From the IMG/VR virus record IMGVR_UViG_3300042972_000028, positions 1 to 40,277 of that record: 40,277 bases of DNA; one strand, written 5' to 3'. Positions 1-7,851 of the stretch are shown here, piece by piece. Within the stretch, counting starts at the first letter, position 1; every line of letters begins with the position of its first letter. This DNA comes from a virus (lineage: Duplodnaviria > Caudoviricetes). Both the position numbers and the translations under genes were made by a program. The notes beneath the pieces were generated by a model. It saw only the letters and a list, made by a program, of their open reading frames with translations. It searched no databases and was not told the origin of the DNA.

Positions 1-1236
1 ATGGTCAGGAAAAAAGACCGAAGACGAACTAAAGGATCAGGAAGCGTCACCACCGACACACGCGGATACACCATTTACCAACTCGAACTACCACCAGACC
101 CAGCAACAGGAAAACGACGACATAAACGCTTCACCAGTAAAACAGCCGCCGTGGCGAAGGCAAAATATGAGAAGGAACGAGACCGGCTCATAGCCACAGG
201 TGTGTTGCCCTCCGTGAAAACACCGAAACTGGCGGATTGGCTGGATCGGTGGCTCGAGGAATTCAAACGCCCCAACGTCAAGCCTAGAGTTTGGGAGTCG
301 TACCGTTCGGACTGCCGGAACATCATGAACAGTATTGGGGCCGTCCGCATTGGTGATCTCACTGCGGCGCATGTGCGCAAACTGGAGAAGGACATCACCT
401 CGACCCGCAGCAGCAAGACCGCGCTCAATGCGTATCGTCGTCTGAGCAACGCTCTTGATGACGCCATTGGTGAGGGACTCTTGGAATCGAATGTGTGCGA
501 CCATTGCGACCCGCCCAGGGTCGAGGCGAACCCGACTGTGATACTTGATGCCGGGCAGCCGGTGAAGCTCATACAGGCCGCTTCAAGTGGTTCTGGTGAG
601 GTGAAACGCAGGCGCGGGCAGAACAAGTGGCCGGACAGTGCCGAGGATGACGCGATGTGGGGCCTCATGTGGCGGCTCGCTTTCGAGACCGGCATGAGAC
701 AGGGGGAGCGGTTCGCCCTGACCTCGGCCGACCTGGTGCAGGTCGATGGCACGCCAGCGATCCACGTGTGCCACGAGCTGCAGCGCTATGCGAAGGGCGC
801 GGTCATACCCTCATGGCTCAAGGCGGAACCGGTCGCCGGGGGAATATGGATGGTGCCGCCGAAATCGAAGAAGGGCGAGCGCATCGTGCCCGTCAGCAAA
901 GCCCTCTGGGATGACCTCTCCGCGTGGGCTTCCGACCGTGACCTTAAGAAGGGCGATCTGATCTTCACGCGCAAGGGACAACCATTAACCAACACGGTCG
1001 AACGACGCCGCTGGTACCGGGCGTTGGAATCAGCGGGATTGCCGCAGGTGACGATACGCAGCGCACGGCATTATTTCGCCACACAGCTCGCCATAGCCGG
1101 AGCGTCCGAGGATGCGCGCAAAAGCATCATGGGCCATGTTGACATAGCGACCACCGCCAACTACACCCATTGGAACACCAAGGCGCTGGCCGACATCACC
1201 GGTAAAACCGCGCTGACCGTCGAGCCCACTAAATAA
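1..1236 (+). CDS. int: Tyrosine recombinase / phage integrase
   Basis: N-terminal arm-binding-like region, TGMRQGE box I, RHYFAT...IMGH...TANY box II (first His of H-x-x-R appears as R in IRSAR). Confidence 0.95.
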   Translation: MVRKKDRRRTKGSGSVTTDTRGYTIYQLELPPDPATGKRRHKRFTSKTAAVAKAKYEKERDRLIATGVLPSVKTPKLADWLDRWLEEFKRPNVKPRVWESYRSDCRNIMNSIGAVRIGDLTAAHVRKLEKDITSTRSSKTALNAYRRLSNALDDAIGEGLLESNVCDHCDPPRVEANPTVILDAGQPVKLIQAASSGSGEVKRRRGQNKWPDSAEDDAMWGLMWRLAFETGMRQGERFALTSADLVQVDGTPAIHVCHELQRYAKGAVIPSWLKAEPVAGGIWMVPPKSKKGERIVPVSKALWDDLSAWASDRDLKKGDLIFTRKGQPLTNTVERRRWYRALESAGLPQVTIRSARHYFATQLAIAGASEDARKSIMGHVDIATTANYTHWNTKALADITGKTALTVEPTK

Positions 1237-1260
1237 AGAAAGCCCCGCGGAATCGGGGCT
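1231..1260 (-). terminator. Intrinsic terminator between convergent genes
   Basis: AGCCCCG-CGGAAT-CGGGGCT hairpin with A-rich run on its left (U tail on minus strand). Confidence 0.65.
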
Positions 1261-1266
1261 GGGTGT

Positions 1267-1467
1267 TTACTTGAATAGGTCCCAGAAGCTGAAGCTGGTT
1301 TTCCTGTAGACCTTGTTGTATGCGGCTTTGCGCGGGTTCTTCACCCATCCCGCGCCTTTCCTCCCGTATCCCGGGATGATGGCCTTCTTCGCCTGGCGTT
1401 TCCACTTCGACGTGGTCATGGCTTTTAACGATCGTTTCAGACTCGGCGTCCGCATACCAAACTTCAT
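1267..1467 (-). CDS. Small basic conserved prophage protein, function unknown
   Basis: GAGGA SD upstream; sequence resembles the small 'KKAIIPGYGKKG..WIKNPKKA.YNKVY' proteins found beside integrases (recalled, not searched). Confidence 0.8.
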   Translation of the reverse strand: MKFGMRTPSLKRSLKAMTTSKWKRQAKKAIIPGYGRKGAGWVKNPRKAAYNKVYRKTSFSFWDLFK

Positions 1468-1493
1468 GATTCCTCGATCCTCGATGGTTCTGG

Positions 1494-1964
1494 TTATTGG
1501 ATGATTTCCTTGGCGTTTTCGATGACTTCGGCATTCTCCTCGTCGTCGCCGAGTAGGAGCACGTAGCCCGCGTTCTCACCAAGGGATGGCGGTTTCAACT
1601 GGATGAGGAGATTCTTCTTTGCTAGGAATGTCCATGCCCTGCTTATACGGTTCTTCGCGGTTGCCTTACGTTTCTTTATCAAGGCTGCTTCTTCAGAATC
1701 AGTGGTGTTTTTGTTTACCGATGCATATAAGAGTCCGAGACCTTCGGCTATTGTCTTCCAGCCTTGGTCGTAGTATCTGGCAGGTATCGAAGGGTTTTGA
1801 TTCTCGTCTTTGGGATAGTCATATGTTTTTGCTGCCATGTAGAGCAGCACGAGCGTGGCGAAGCTGTCGATGCCGAAGACATCATCCTTGCGCAGCTTGA
1901 GCGTGCCACCATCGCCTGCTTTCTTTATGGCTATCGTTGTGTTTCTGAATCCCACGAAGTCCAC
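1494..1964 (-). CDS. Hypothetical protein, probable winged-helix DNA-binding fold
   Basis: GTG start with GAGGGGG SD; GWKTIAEGLG...RISRAWTFLAKKNLLIQ...AGYVLL pattern is wHTH-like. Confidence 0.75.
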   Translation of the reverse strand: MDFVGFRNTTIAIKKAGDGGTLKLRKDDVFGIDSFATLVLLYMAAKTYDYPKDENQNPSIPARYYDQGWKTIAEGLGLLYASVNKNTTDSEEAALIKKRKATAKNRISRAWTFLAKKNLLIQLKPPSLGENAGYVLLLGDDEENAEVIENAKEIIQ

Positions 1965-2151
1965 ACTTCCCCCTCACATGGCGTATAATCGCTAGTGAGG
2001 TATTATCCTCGAATTCCCCGTGTTTTCTTTGCCGAGAAGCGGGGACTTCTCATAACGTGACACTTAATATAGTATCAGTGTAACACTAAATAGTGTGGCG
2101 TGGAAACAGTTTATATTATGACCATTAGACTACTTATTAAGTGGCGCATGT

Positions 2152-2183
2152 ATACATAACTAATACATAACGTTATACATAAC
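2152..2183. repeat. Three direct ATACATAAC repeats in AT-rich intergenic DNA
   Basis: Copies at 2152-2160, 2163-2171, 2175-2183. Confidence 0.85.
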
Positions 2184-2231
2184 TATGACAGCATCGTTTT
2201 CTCACGAAAACGACGGCGCACACAAAAATGC

Positions 2232-2660
2232 TCAAGCATATTGCCGGCGGTCAAGGACAAGATCCTTGTAGTCTTTGAGCACCTGCATGGTTACGTTCAT
2301 GTCGTTGGCGATCAATGCTGCGTCACCTTCGTATTCGGGGTCCACGCATTCGAATCTTTTGGTTGGCACCAGGAGTTCGGCGGTGAGCCGTCGCGTCCGT
2401 TTCTCTGCTTTCGCGTGCAACACTGGGTCGCAGGAGTTGTCGAAGTACGACCAGTGGAATAGTTCGTGCACCAGTGTGCATCGTTTCTGCGTGTAATCGA
2501 GTGAACGGTCGATGATGATCATTCTGAGGTTCTCGTCGTAGATGCCCTTGACGCCAGCGGGAAGCAGCTCGCTGCTGATGGCGACATCCAACGCTTCCGC
2601 GTAGCGTCGCATGTCGCCATAGGTCATTGAGCAGTCGATGTGAAAATCACGCTCCGGCAT
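2232..2660 (-). CDS. ImmA/IrrE family metallopeptidase (repressor-cleaving)
   Basis: RCTLVHELFH HExxH motif, AEKR..R..A.LL downstream, adjacent to repressor. Confidence 0.9.
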   Translation of the reverse strand: MPERDFHIDCSMTYGDMRRYAEALDVAISSELLPAGVKGIYDENLRMIIIDRSLDYTQKRCTLVHELFHWSYFDNSCDPVLHAKAEKRTRRLTAELLVPTKRFECVDPEYEGDAALIANDMNVTMQVLKDYKDLVLDRRQYA

Positions 2661-3066
2661 CTGGGTAGTAATCCCTCTCCGCTTCCTTGTCTGGATCGTA
2701 GTTCGCCGCGAGGCTCATGTCGCCTCTGCGTACCTTCTCCATTATCAGGCGCTTCTTCTCTTCTTCGCTCAGAGCATCGGGGTTCACGGTGATCGGAGGC
2801 CAGGGACCGAGCTCATCATGAAGGCGTTTGTTCGCGGAGTTTGTGACATCAGATATATCGGCACCGATGTAATCGCATATCTTTCTTGCGACTGCTACGT
2901 CTATGGGAGGCTTCGCGTTCAGCCATTTTGACATCGTGGAGCGAGCGTGCCCGAGCTCGTCCGCCACTTGTCCTTGCGAATACCCATGAGAGGCGATGGT
3001 GCCTTTTAATTCTGCTCCGAAGAGTTGAGCAAACCGCTCTGATCGTTTCTGTATGTTATTAGCCAT
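2647..3066 (-). CDS. XRE-family CI-like repressor
   Basis: SQGQVADELGHARSTMSKWLN HTH; divergent from Cro; followed by ImmA. Confidence 0.88.
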   Translation of the reverse strand: MANNIQKRSERFAQLFGAELKGTIASHGYSQGQVADELGHARSTMSKWLNAKPPIDVAVARKICDYIGADISDVTNSANKRLHDELGPWPPITVNPDALSEEEKKRLIMEKVRRGDMSLAANYDPDKEAERDYYPDAGA

Positions 3067-3160
3067 AACGCCATCATACTACAGATATAAACAACATTGT
3101 TAGCAAAACCCATAACTTTTCAAGTTGACAAATAGCGTTATGACCAATACTGTTATGAAT
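3055..3160. promoter_or_regulatory. Lysis/lysogeny switch: divergent promoters and operators
   Basis: + strand TTGACA(3125-3130)-N17-TACTGT; - strand TATGAT at 3073-3078; GTTAT-N5-ATAAC palindrome 3055-3069 and further GTTATG/CATAAC half sites. Confidence 0.75.
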
Positions 3161-3406
3161 ATGACCAACACAGATATTGACCATGAGATCGCTCAGGCGG
3201 TCAACTCTGCTATCGACCAATCAGGAATTAAGAAAAAGTTTCTGTGCGAAAAAACCGGGATGCCGTATTCAACATTGAACTCGAAGCTCAGAGCTTACAG
3301 CTCATTCACTGTTGCTGAGATCTATGCAATAGCGGACGCAATGAAAATATCACCCAACCCTTTGTTGGCACCCCAACCCGTTTCGTCTCAGGAGCTGACG
3401 GCATGA
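3161..3406 (+). CDS. Cro-like HTH regulator
   Basis: KKFLCEKTGMPYSTLNSKL HTH; divergent from CI; start refined to the ATG 7 nt after the -10. Confidence 0.85.
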   Translation: MTNTDIDHEIAQAVNSAIDQSGIKKKFLCEKTGMPYSTLNSKLRAYSSFTVAEIYAIADAMKISPNPLLAPQPVSSQELTA

Positions 3407-3735
3407 GCAGACAGAAGAAAACCCCCACGGTGCGAGCGCAGGGGAAAGATGGGGAATCGTCAGTCTTCTGTGAGGTGTTCAAAACTAATCGGAGCACCTG
3501 TGGTCCATATTCCGTCGATTTGGGTGTCGTGCAGAACAGAGCCGAACACGACTACTTCTCCGTCCCTCGCGGCCGTCACGATGCTGTCCTTGATGTTCTC
3601 GGTATCAGCGTCGCTAAGCGGCCCGAATTCTTGTCCGTTGAAGTGAATTTTCCACGCCATTTTCTTACCTCCCTTCTTTGGTTGGGTGCTCTCATTGTCG
3701 CACTGATGAAAACCAGCAAGGGGCAGGAATCATGA
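3403..3735 (+). CDS. Hypothetical ORF enclosing an antisense gene
   Basis: ATGA overlaps with both neighbours, but may be a shadow of 3460-3660. Confidence 0.35.
   Translation: MSRQKKTPTVRAQGKDGESSVFCEVFKTNRSTCGPYSVDLGVVQNRAEHDYFSVPRGRHDAVLDVLGISVAKRPEFLSVEVNFPRHFLTSLLWLGALIVALMKTSKGQES
3415..3446 (-). terminator. Probable terminator of the antisense gene 3460-3660
   Basis: Minus strand CCCCTGCG..CGTGGGG hairpin followed by TTTTCTTC. Confidence 0.55.
3460..3660 (-). CDS. Small acidic hypothetical protein, antisense in early operon
   Basis: Strong AAGGGAGGT SD, protein-like composition, downstream terminator. Confidence 0.75.
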   Translation of the reverse strand: MAWKIHFNGQEFGPLSDADTENIKDSIVTAARDGEVVVFGSVLHDTQIDGIWTTGAPISFEHLTED

Positions 3736-3953
3736 GGAACATTAATCGTCATGTTTTGAAGTATGTGCTGTTGAGTGTGGCACTGTCGGTGCATGCGTTG
3801 TTGTGGGTGTTGGCGTTGATTTGGATGCTTTCTCAGACGGTGAGTGTGCATGTGCTGGTGAATATCGTGGCGTTTGCCTGGATAGTTGGTGCGCCAGTAC
3901 TACTGATTTTGTTGCTCGTGGATCGCATCCTCAACAGTGAGGAGCAGTCATGA
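3732..3953 (+). CDS. Two-TM membrane protein
   Basis: Two hydrophobic stretches, AGGA SD, ATGA coupling to next gene. Confidence 0.7.
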   Translation: MRNINRHVLKYVLLSVALSVHALLWVLALIWMLSQTVSVHVLVNIVAFAWIVGAPVLLILLLVDRILNSEEQS

Positions 3954-4162
3954 GTGGGGTTTCTTTTCAACTAATGGGGCTCGCCGTTATCGGCTTGGTT
4001 CTCGTTCAAGGGCAGCCGAGACTGATACGCGAATTGCGCGCAATTAAACAGATTCTTCAGCAATCACCAACCAAGGTGCACTCAATCCCATTTGAAATAC
4101 ATCCGAACAACCCGGACGAGTTGAGCAGAGTCCTCAAGGAACGAGAAAGAAGGGCGGTATGA
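3950..4162 (+). CDS. Hypothetical protein with N-terminal hydrophobic segment
   Basis: GAGGAG SD, ATGA coupling. Confidence 0.6.
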   Translation: MSGVSFQLMGLAVIGLVLVQGQPRLIRELRAIKQILQQSPTKVHSIPFEIHPNNPDELSRVLKERERRAV

Positions 4163-4749
4163 ACAGAGTGAACGGATCAGCAACAATAGTCGAACGTTTA
4201 CACTTGCAACTCATCGCACTGAATGCCTGCCAACTGGAATTGCAACGTCAACGAGGGCAACTACTTGGTATTCAGTCGAGACTCCAAACTCTTGATTCGT
4301 TGGTCCTGATCGATGATGATTCTCGAGACATCACCGAGCTGTTTGACGCTCTGTCCACTGAGGTTGGTCTGTTGAGAAATGGTCTTGGTGATCTCGCCTC
4401 CGGCATCGGTGTGCATGCTGAGCGTTTTGGTGATCTCCTCGAGCACATTGGCTATCTCATAGATCGCATTCTCGCAGTCAGAGATCCTCGACTCAAGAGT
4501 ATTCGTGGATGTCTCGTTATTTCCCGTTTCGGTTGTGCTGTTGCCAGCGACACTGTGAGAAGACGTCGACACCCCGGACGCCTCAAGTGGGGTTTCCGTC
4601 TGCTCGCTGCTGGTTTTCTTCTTGCCGAACAGTTCCTTTATCTTGATGATCACATCGAGACATGCTTTCAACGCTTTACCGTATTCGCCGATGTTTTTGG
4701 CAAGGTCTTCCGAAAATTCCAGTCCCTGGTTAAAAGACTGCGGGTCTAA
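4159..4749 (+). CDS. Hypothetical ORF overlapping an antisense gene
   Basis: ATGA coupled to upstream gene; mostly antisense to 4261-4758. Confidence 0.35.
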   Translation: MNRVNGSATIVERLHLQLIALNACQLELQRQRGQLLGIQSRLQTLDSLVLIDDDSRDITELFDALSTEVGLLRNGLGDLASGIGVHAERFGDLLEHIGYLIDRILAVRDPRLKSIRGCLVISRFGCAVASDTVRRRRHPGRLKWGFRLLAAGFLLAEQFLYLDDHIETCFQRFTVFADVFGKVFRKFQSLVKRLRV

Positions 4750-4758
4750 AGCACTCAT
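4261..4758 (-). CDS. Coiled-coil hypothetical protein, antisense in early operon
   Basis: TTAGGAG SD before ATG 4758; heptad-rich C-terminal half. Confidence 0.7.
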   Translation of the reverse strand: MSALDPQSFNQGLEFSEDLAKNIGEYGKALKACLDVIIKIKELFGKKKTSSEQTETPLEASGVSTSSHSVAGNSTTETGNNETSTNTLESRISDCENAIYEIANVLEEITKTLSMHTDAGGEITKTISQQTNLSGQSVKQLGDVSRIIIDQDQRIKSLESRLNTK

Positions 4759-4915
4759 GATTCTTCTCCTAATTGTGAGGTCACGTACTGGTAATGCGCG
4801 GCTAGCAACCACTTTAGGAGGGGCCGTGCGGAACTCCTAACCCGCACGGTATCTACTTCCACAAATAAATAGAGCCCCGTTGCACCGGGGCTCATCACAG
4901 AAAGAAAAAATAACT

Positions 4916-5686
4916 ATGAGTACTAACAGCATATCGCAGATTCCATTCAACGGGCAGGTGATCGAAGCGCAGAAAGACGGGGACACGGTTCTCGTCGCTT
5001 TGAAGCCTCTCTGCGAAAACCTCGGAGTCTCTTTCACTGGGCAGTTCGAGAGACTGCAACGACAACCTTGGGCAACTGTTCGTGTCACACGAACAGTTGG
5101 TGCAGACGGTAGGCAACGTGACATGACGATGATTGATCGTCGTACGTTCACGATGTGGCTGGCCACCATCGACACGAACCGTTTGAAGAACGAGGCCGCC
5201 AAGGATGTGGTGGTTTCCTATCAGCGTGAGGCTGCGGACGCTTTGGACAGGTATTTCAACACCGGTGTGGCCATAAACGAGCACCTGTTGAACGCCCAGC
5301 ACTTGCGCCGCATGCAAAACATCGAACTGTTGAAAGCAGCCGAGGGTCTGATCCACCCTGATTTCCTGGAGGCGAAGGCACGCATCATCCTAGGCCGTGA
5401 AACAGGAGAGGTGCCGGAGATCGACCCATTGAAGCGCCCCTTGTACGTGCAGGACTTCCTACGCGAACGCGGGTTGAACAGTAGAGAGCTCAAGCACAGG
5501 TCCGGCATGTTCGGCAAACAGTTGAAAAAGCTCTACAAGACCCGTCGTGGCGTGGAGCCAGGCCGCGCCGATATCACCACGGGTTCAGGGCAGATTCGCA
5601 AAGTGTACGCATACACGGAGTTCGACCGCCCGCTGTTCGAACAAATCTGGGCAATCCTCAACAACAGCATCGGGAAGGCGGCGTGA
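4916..5686 (+). CDS. Phage antirepressor (P22 Ant N-terminal-like domain)
   Basis: IPFNG...VALKPLCENLGV..TGQFERL...WLATI...YQRE...L..YF pattern. Confidence 0.88.
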   Translation: MSTNSISQIPFNGQVIEAQKDGDTVLVALKPLCENLGVSFTGQFERLQRQPWATVRVTRTVGADGRQRDMTMIDRRTFTMWLATIDTNRLKNEAAKDVVVSYQREAADALDRYFNTGVAINEHLLNAQHLRRMQNIELLKAAEGLIHPDFLEAKARIILGRETGEVPEIDPLKRPLYVQDFLRERGLNSRELKHRSGMFGKQLKKLYKTRRGVEPGRADITTGSGQIRKVYAYTEFDRPLFEQIWAILNNSIGKAA

Positions 5687-5913
5687 GCATGGCTGAGAAG
5701 AACCCTGTCCCGTTGAAGGATCGTGAGTATTGGACTGCGTTGCAGGCCCATTACGTGTTGAACATCCCTTATAAGAACGTGTCGGCCGCGTATCGGACGC
5801 GCCAGTTTCCTATCAAATTTTTCGATACTCAGCTGGCGAAGGCTGCCGCTGAGGATGTGCGTGCCTGGGCTAGGCGTGCTCCTGAGAGTGCTGGGGGTGA
5901 GTGGATTGACTGA
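5683..5913 (+). CDS. Small DNA-binding protein, possible excisionase
   Basis: YWTALQAHYVLNI...AEDVRAW resembles Xis/HTH_17 pattern; position in early operon. Confidence 0.5.
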   Translation: MSMAEKNPVPLKDREYWTALQAHYVLNIPYKNVSAAYRTRQFPIKFFDTQLAKAAAEDVRAWARRAPESAGGEWID

Positions 5914-6010
5914 TCACAGTTTGCCTCTTGATTTTGAGCGTTTGGATCCGCGCACGTTGCAGTTGATTCGCCGGTGGGAGGTGTCTCATGTCGTTGATCA
6001 CGAGCAGTGA
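5906..6010 (+). CDS. 34 aa hypothetical peptide (not in ORF track)
   Basis: TTG start with GGGGGTG SD; fills the operon gap; MTDHSLPLDFERLDPRTLQLIRRWEVSHVVDHEQ. Confidence 0.4.
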   Translation: MTDHSLPLDFERLDPRTLQLIRRWEVSHVVDHEQ

Positions 6011-6173
6011 GGTGCGTATTCACAGGTTGCGGACGGTGAAACGGTTCGGATTGTTTGGTGCGGACTTGTATGACGCGGACGAGGTTGACGCGTTACTGGA
6101 TGACCTGGTGATTCCCACGCTGCAAGCACATGAGAACGGGTTGATTGAAAACTTTGGAAGGACATTGAAATGA
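5988..6173 (+). CDS. DivIVA-domain small protein
   Basis: LITSSEVRIHRLRTV...YDADEVDALLD matches the DivIVA N-terminal motif; GGAGGTG SD. Confidence 0.75.
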   Translation: MSLITSSEVRIHRLRTVKRFGLFGADLYDADEVDALLDDLVIPTLQAHENGLIENFGRTLK

Positions 6174-6703
6174 GTGAGAGCACGAGTGTGGCGGAGTTAA
6201 TTGAGGCGGGTGAGATCACCCCCATCGAGGCTGCGCAACAGTTGGCGTTGGTGACGGCGATGCTGCACCAATTGAAGGATTCGGAGAGTGCGTTGCGTGG
6301 CTATCTGACCGACCACTTGGACCCGAAGGAGCATCTGACTACGGCGTTGGGCGTGGTGAGTTATAAGCGTGGCGGTGAAGCGAAATGGCGGGTGAAGGAT
6401 CCGGTTGCGTTTGGCCAGTGGCTTGCACGTAATGGTGAGGAGTCGAGCGTGGAGGAGGTGTTGTATCCGGTGGAGTTCATTACGAAACCGGATGCGATCG
6501 AGAAACTGGTGCGCGATCATCTTGGCGAACAGCCCGATGGTGTGGAGCTGTCGGGCGGCAGGGCCGACTCGGTGGCCACATCGAAGGTCAAAGCGTGGAA
6601 CGAGGTCATGAATGACCTGACCGCGCAACGTCAGGCGGGCGCACTGCTTGGTATCGACAGTGGCAGTAAGAAGAAGGAGGTGTCGGAATGGGACAGGATC
6701 TAG
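6170..6703 (+). CDS. Hypothetical protein of recombination module
   Basis: Coupled ORF directly before the annealase. Confidence 0.75.
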   Translation: MSESTSVAELIEAGEITPIEAAQQLALVTAMLHQLKDSESALRGYLTDHLDPKEHLTTALGVVSYKRGGEAKWRVKDPVAFGQWLARNGEESSVEEVLYPVEFITKPDAIEKLVRDHLGEQPDGVELSGGRADSVATSKVKAWNEVMNDLTAQRQAGALLGIDSGSKKKEVSEWDRI

Positions 6704-7476
6704 CCACGCAAAGCCAGTCTGGTTTGCAGTCGCAGATGCAGTGGGCAAAACTCGCCGAAGCGTCCGACATTATCCCCGACTCGTATCGGGGTAAGCCCGC
6801 GAACATTCTTGTGGCCGTAGGGTTTGGCGCGTCGATGGGATTATCACCGGCGGAGAGCCTGTACCGCATCTCAGTTATTAAGGGCAAACCGACGATGAGT
6901 GCGGAGCTGATCGCCTCGCAGGTGCGTCGTGCTGGCCACAAGCTACGCATCCAGAAGGATTCGGCCAGTCAGAGCGTCACCGCGACAGTGCTCCGTTCTG
7001 ATGATCCTGATTATCCGATCAGCGTGACCCGTGACCTAGCGTGGGCGAAAAGCATGGGATTGGCGGGCAATCAGAACTATCAGAAGCAGCCCATGACGAT
7101 GCTCACCTGGCGTGCCATTACCGCGGTGGCTCGTGAAGCATGCCCTGAAGCGCTCTACGGTGCCGGTTACACGCCCGACGAGTTGCAGGATATCCCTGAC
7201 GACGTGCACGCTCACGTCGAACCGGACACGGAACCCGTGCAGAGTGCTCCCTTGGAGCCGTCCCCGTCGAAAGAGGACTGCAAGCATGTTGCCGAGCTCA
7301 TGGAACAGGGCGGTGTCACCGACACAGAGTCGGCACGAGTAGCGTTCCACGCGTTGACCGGCAGGGACATCACCAGCACCAGCGAACTGACGATGGTGGA
7401 AGCCGAACAGTTGCTCTCAGCACCTGAACTAGTCGTCTCCCGCACTCAGCAGGCATTGGGGGCACGCCATGAGTGA
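6688..7476 (+). CDS. RecT/Red-beta-like single-strand annealing protein
   Basis: IIPDSYRGKPANILVAV..G..MGL...ISVIKGKP...YQKQPMTML.WRA...ALYG.GYTPDEL. Confidence 0.8.
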   Translation: MGQDLATQSQSGLQSQMQWAKLAEASDIIPDSYRGKPANILVAVGFGASMGLSPAESLYRISVIKGKPTMSAELIASQVRRAGHKLRIQKDSASQSVTATVLRSDDPDYPISVTRDLAWAKSMGLAGNQNYQKQPMTMLTWRAITAVAREACPEALYGAGYTPDELQDIPDDVHAHVEPDTEPVQSAPLEPSPSKEDCKHVAELMEQGGVTDTESARVAFHALTGRDITSTSELTMVEAEQLLSAPELVVSRTQQALGARHE

Positions 7477-7666
7477 TACCACTATCAACACGGTCTGGTT
7501 CACGCTCATGTTCCTGCTGCTGATCGTTTCCAGCGCTATGGCGTTCCTGAGTTTCGTCTGGCTGGCATGCGCCGCTGCTTCCGGTGTGGGGCTCATGCCC
7601 TGGATCGTCTTGTTCCCACTGTCATTGATAGGTGTGTGGGTTGCTGCTAGGCAGGTGGAGCTATGA
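7469..7666 (+). CDS. Small membrane protein
   Basis: Two hydrophobic helices, overlapping coupling. Confidence 0.7.
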   Translation: MSDTTINTVWFTLMFLLLIVSSAMAFLSFVWLACAAASGVGLMPWIVLFPLSLIGVWVAARQVEL

Positions 7667-7851
7667 CCGTGGATGTTCCTTTGCTGCATGGTGCGGTGCA
7701 TGAATGTGAATTCTGTCATCACCCGGATGTCGGCCAGGATCGCTGTCCTCACGCGATGGGCGACAAATACCCGTGCAAAAACCGTAAGCCTCGCCCGGTC
7801 AAGGGCAATAACCCGTATGTGAATCGTAGAAAGAGAATGAACAATGCTTAA
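7663..7851 (+). CDS. Small Cys/His-rich protein
   Basis: CEFC...C...C, ATGA coupling. Confidence 0.6.
   Translation: MTVDVPLLHGAVHECEFCHHPDVGQDRCPHAMGDKYPCKNRKPRPVKGNNPYVNRRKRMNNA

Noticed and set aside
2152-2183. CRISPR mini-array or type III antitoxin repeat array
   Set aside because: Repeats are 9 bp with 2-3 nt spacers, too short for either; no cas or ToxN-like gene recognised
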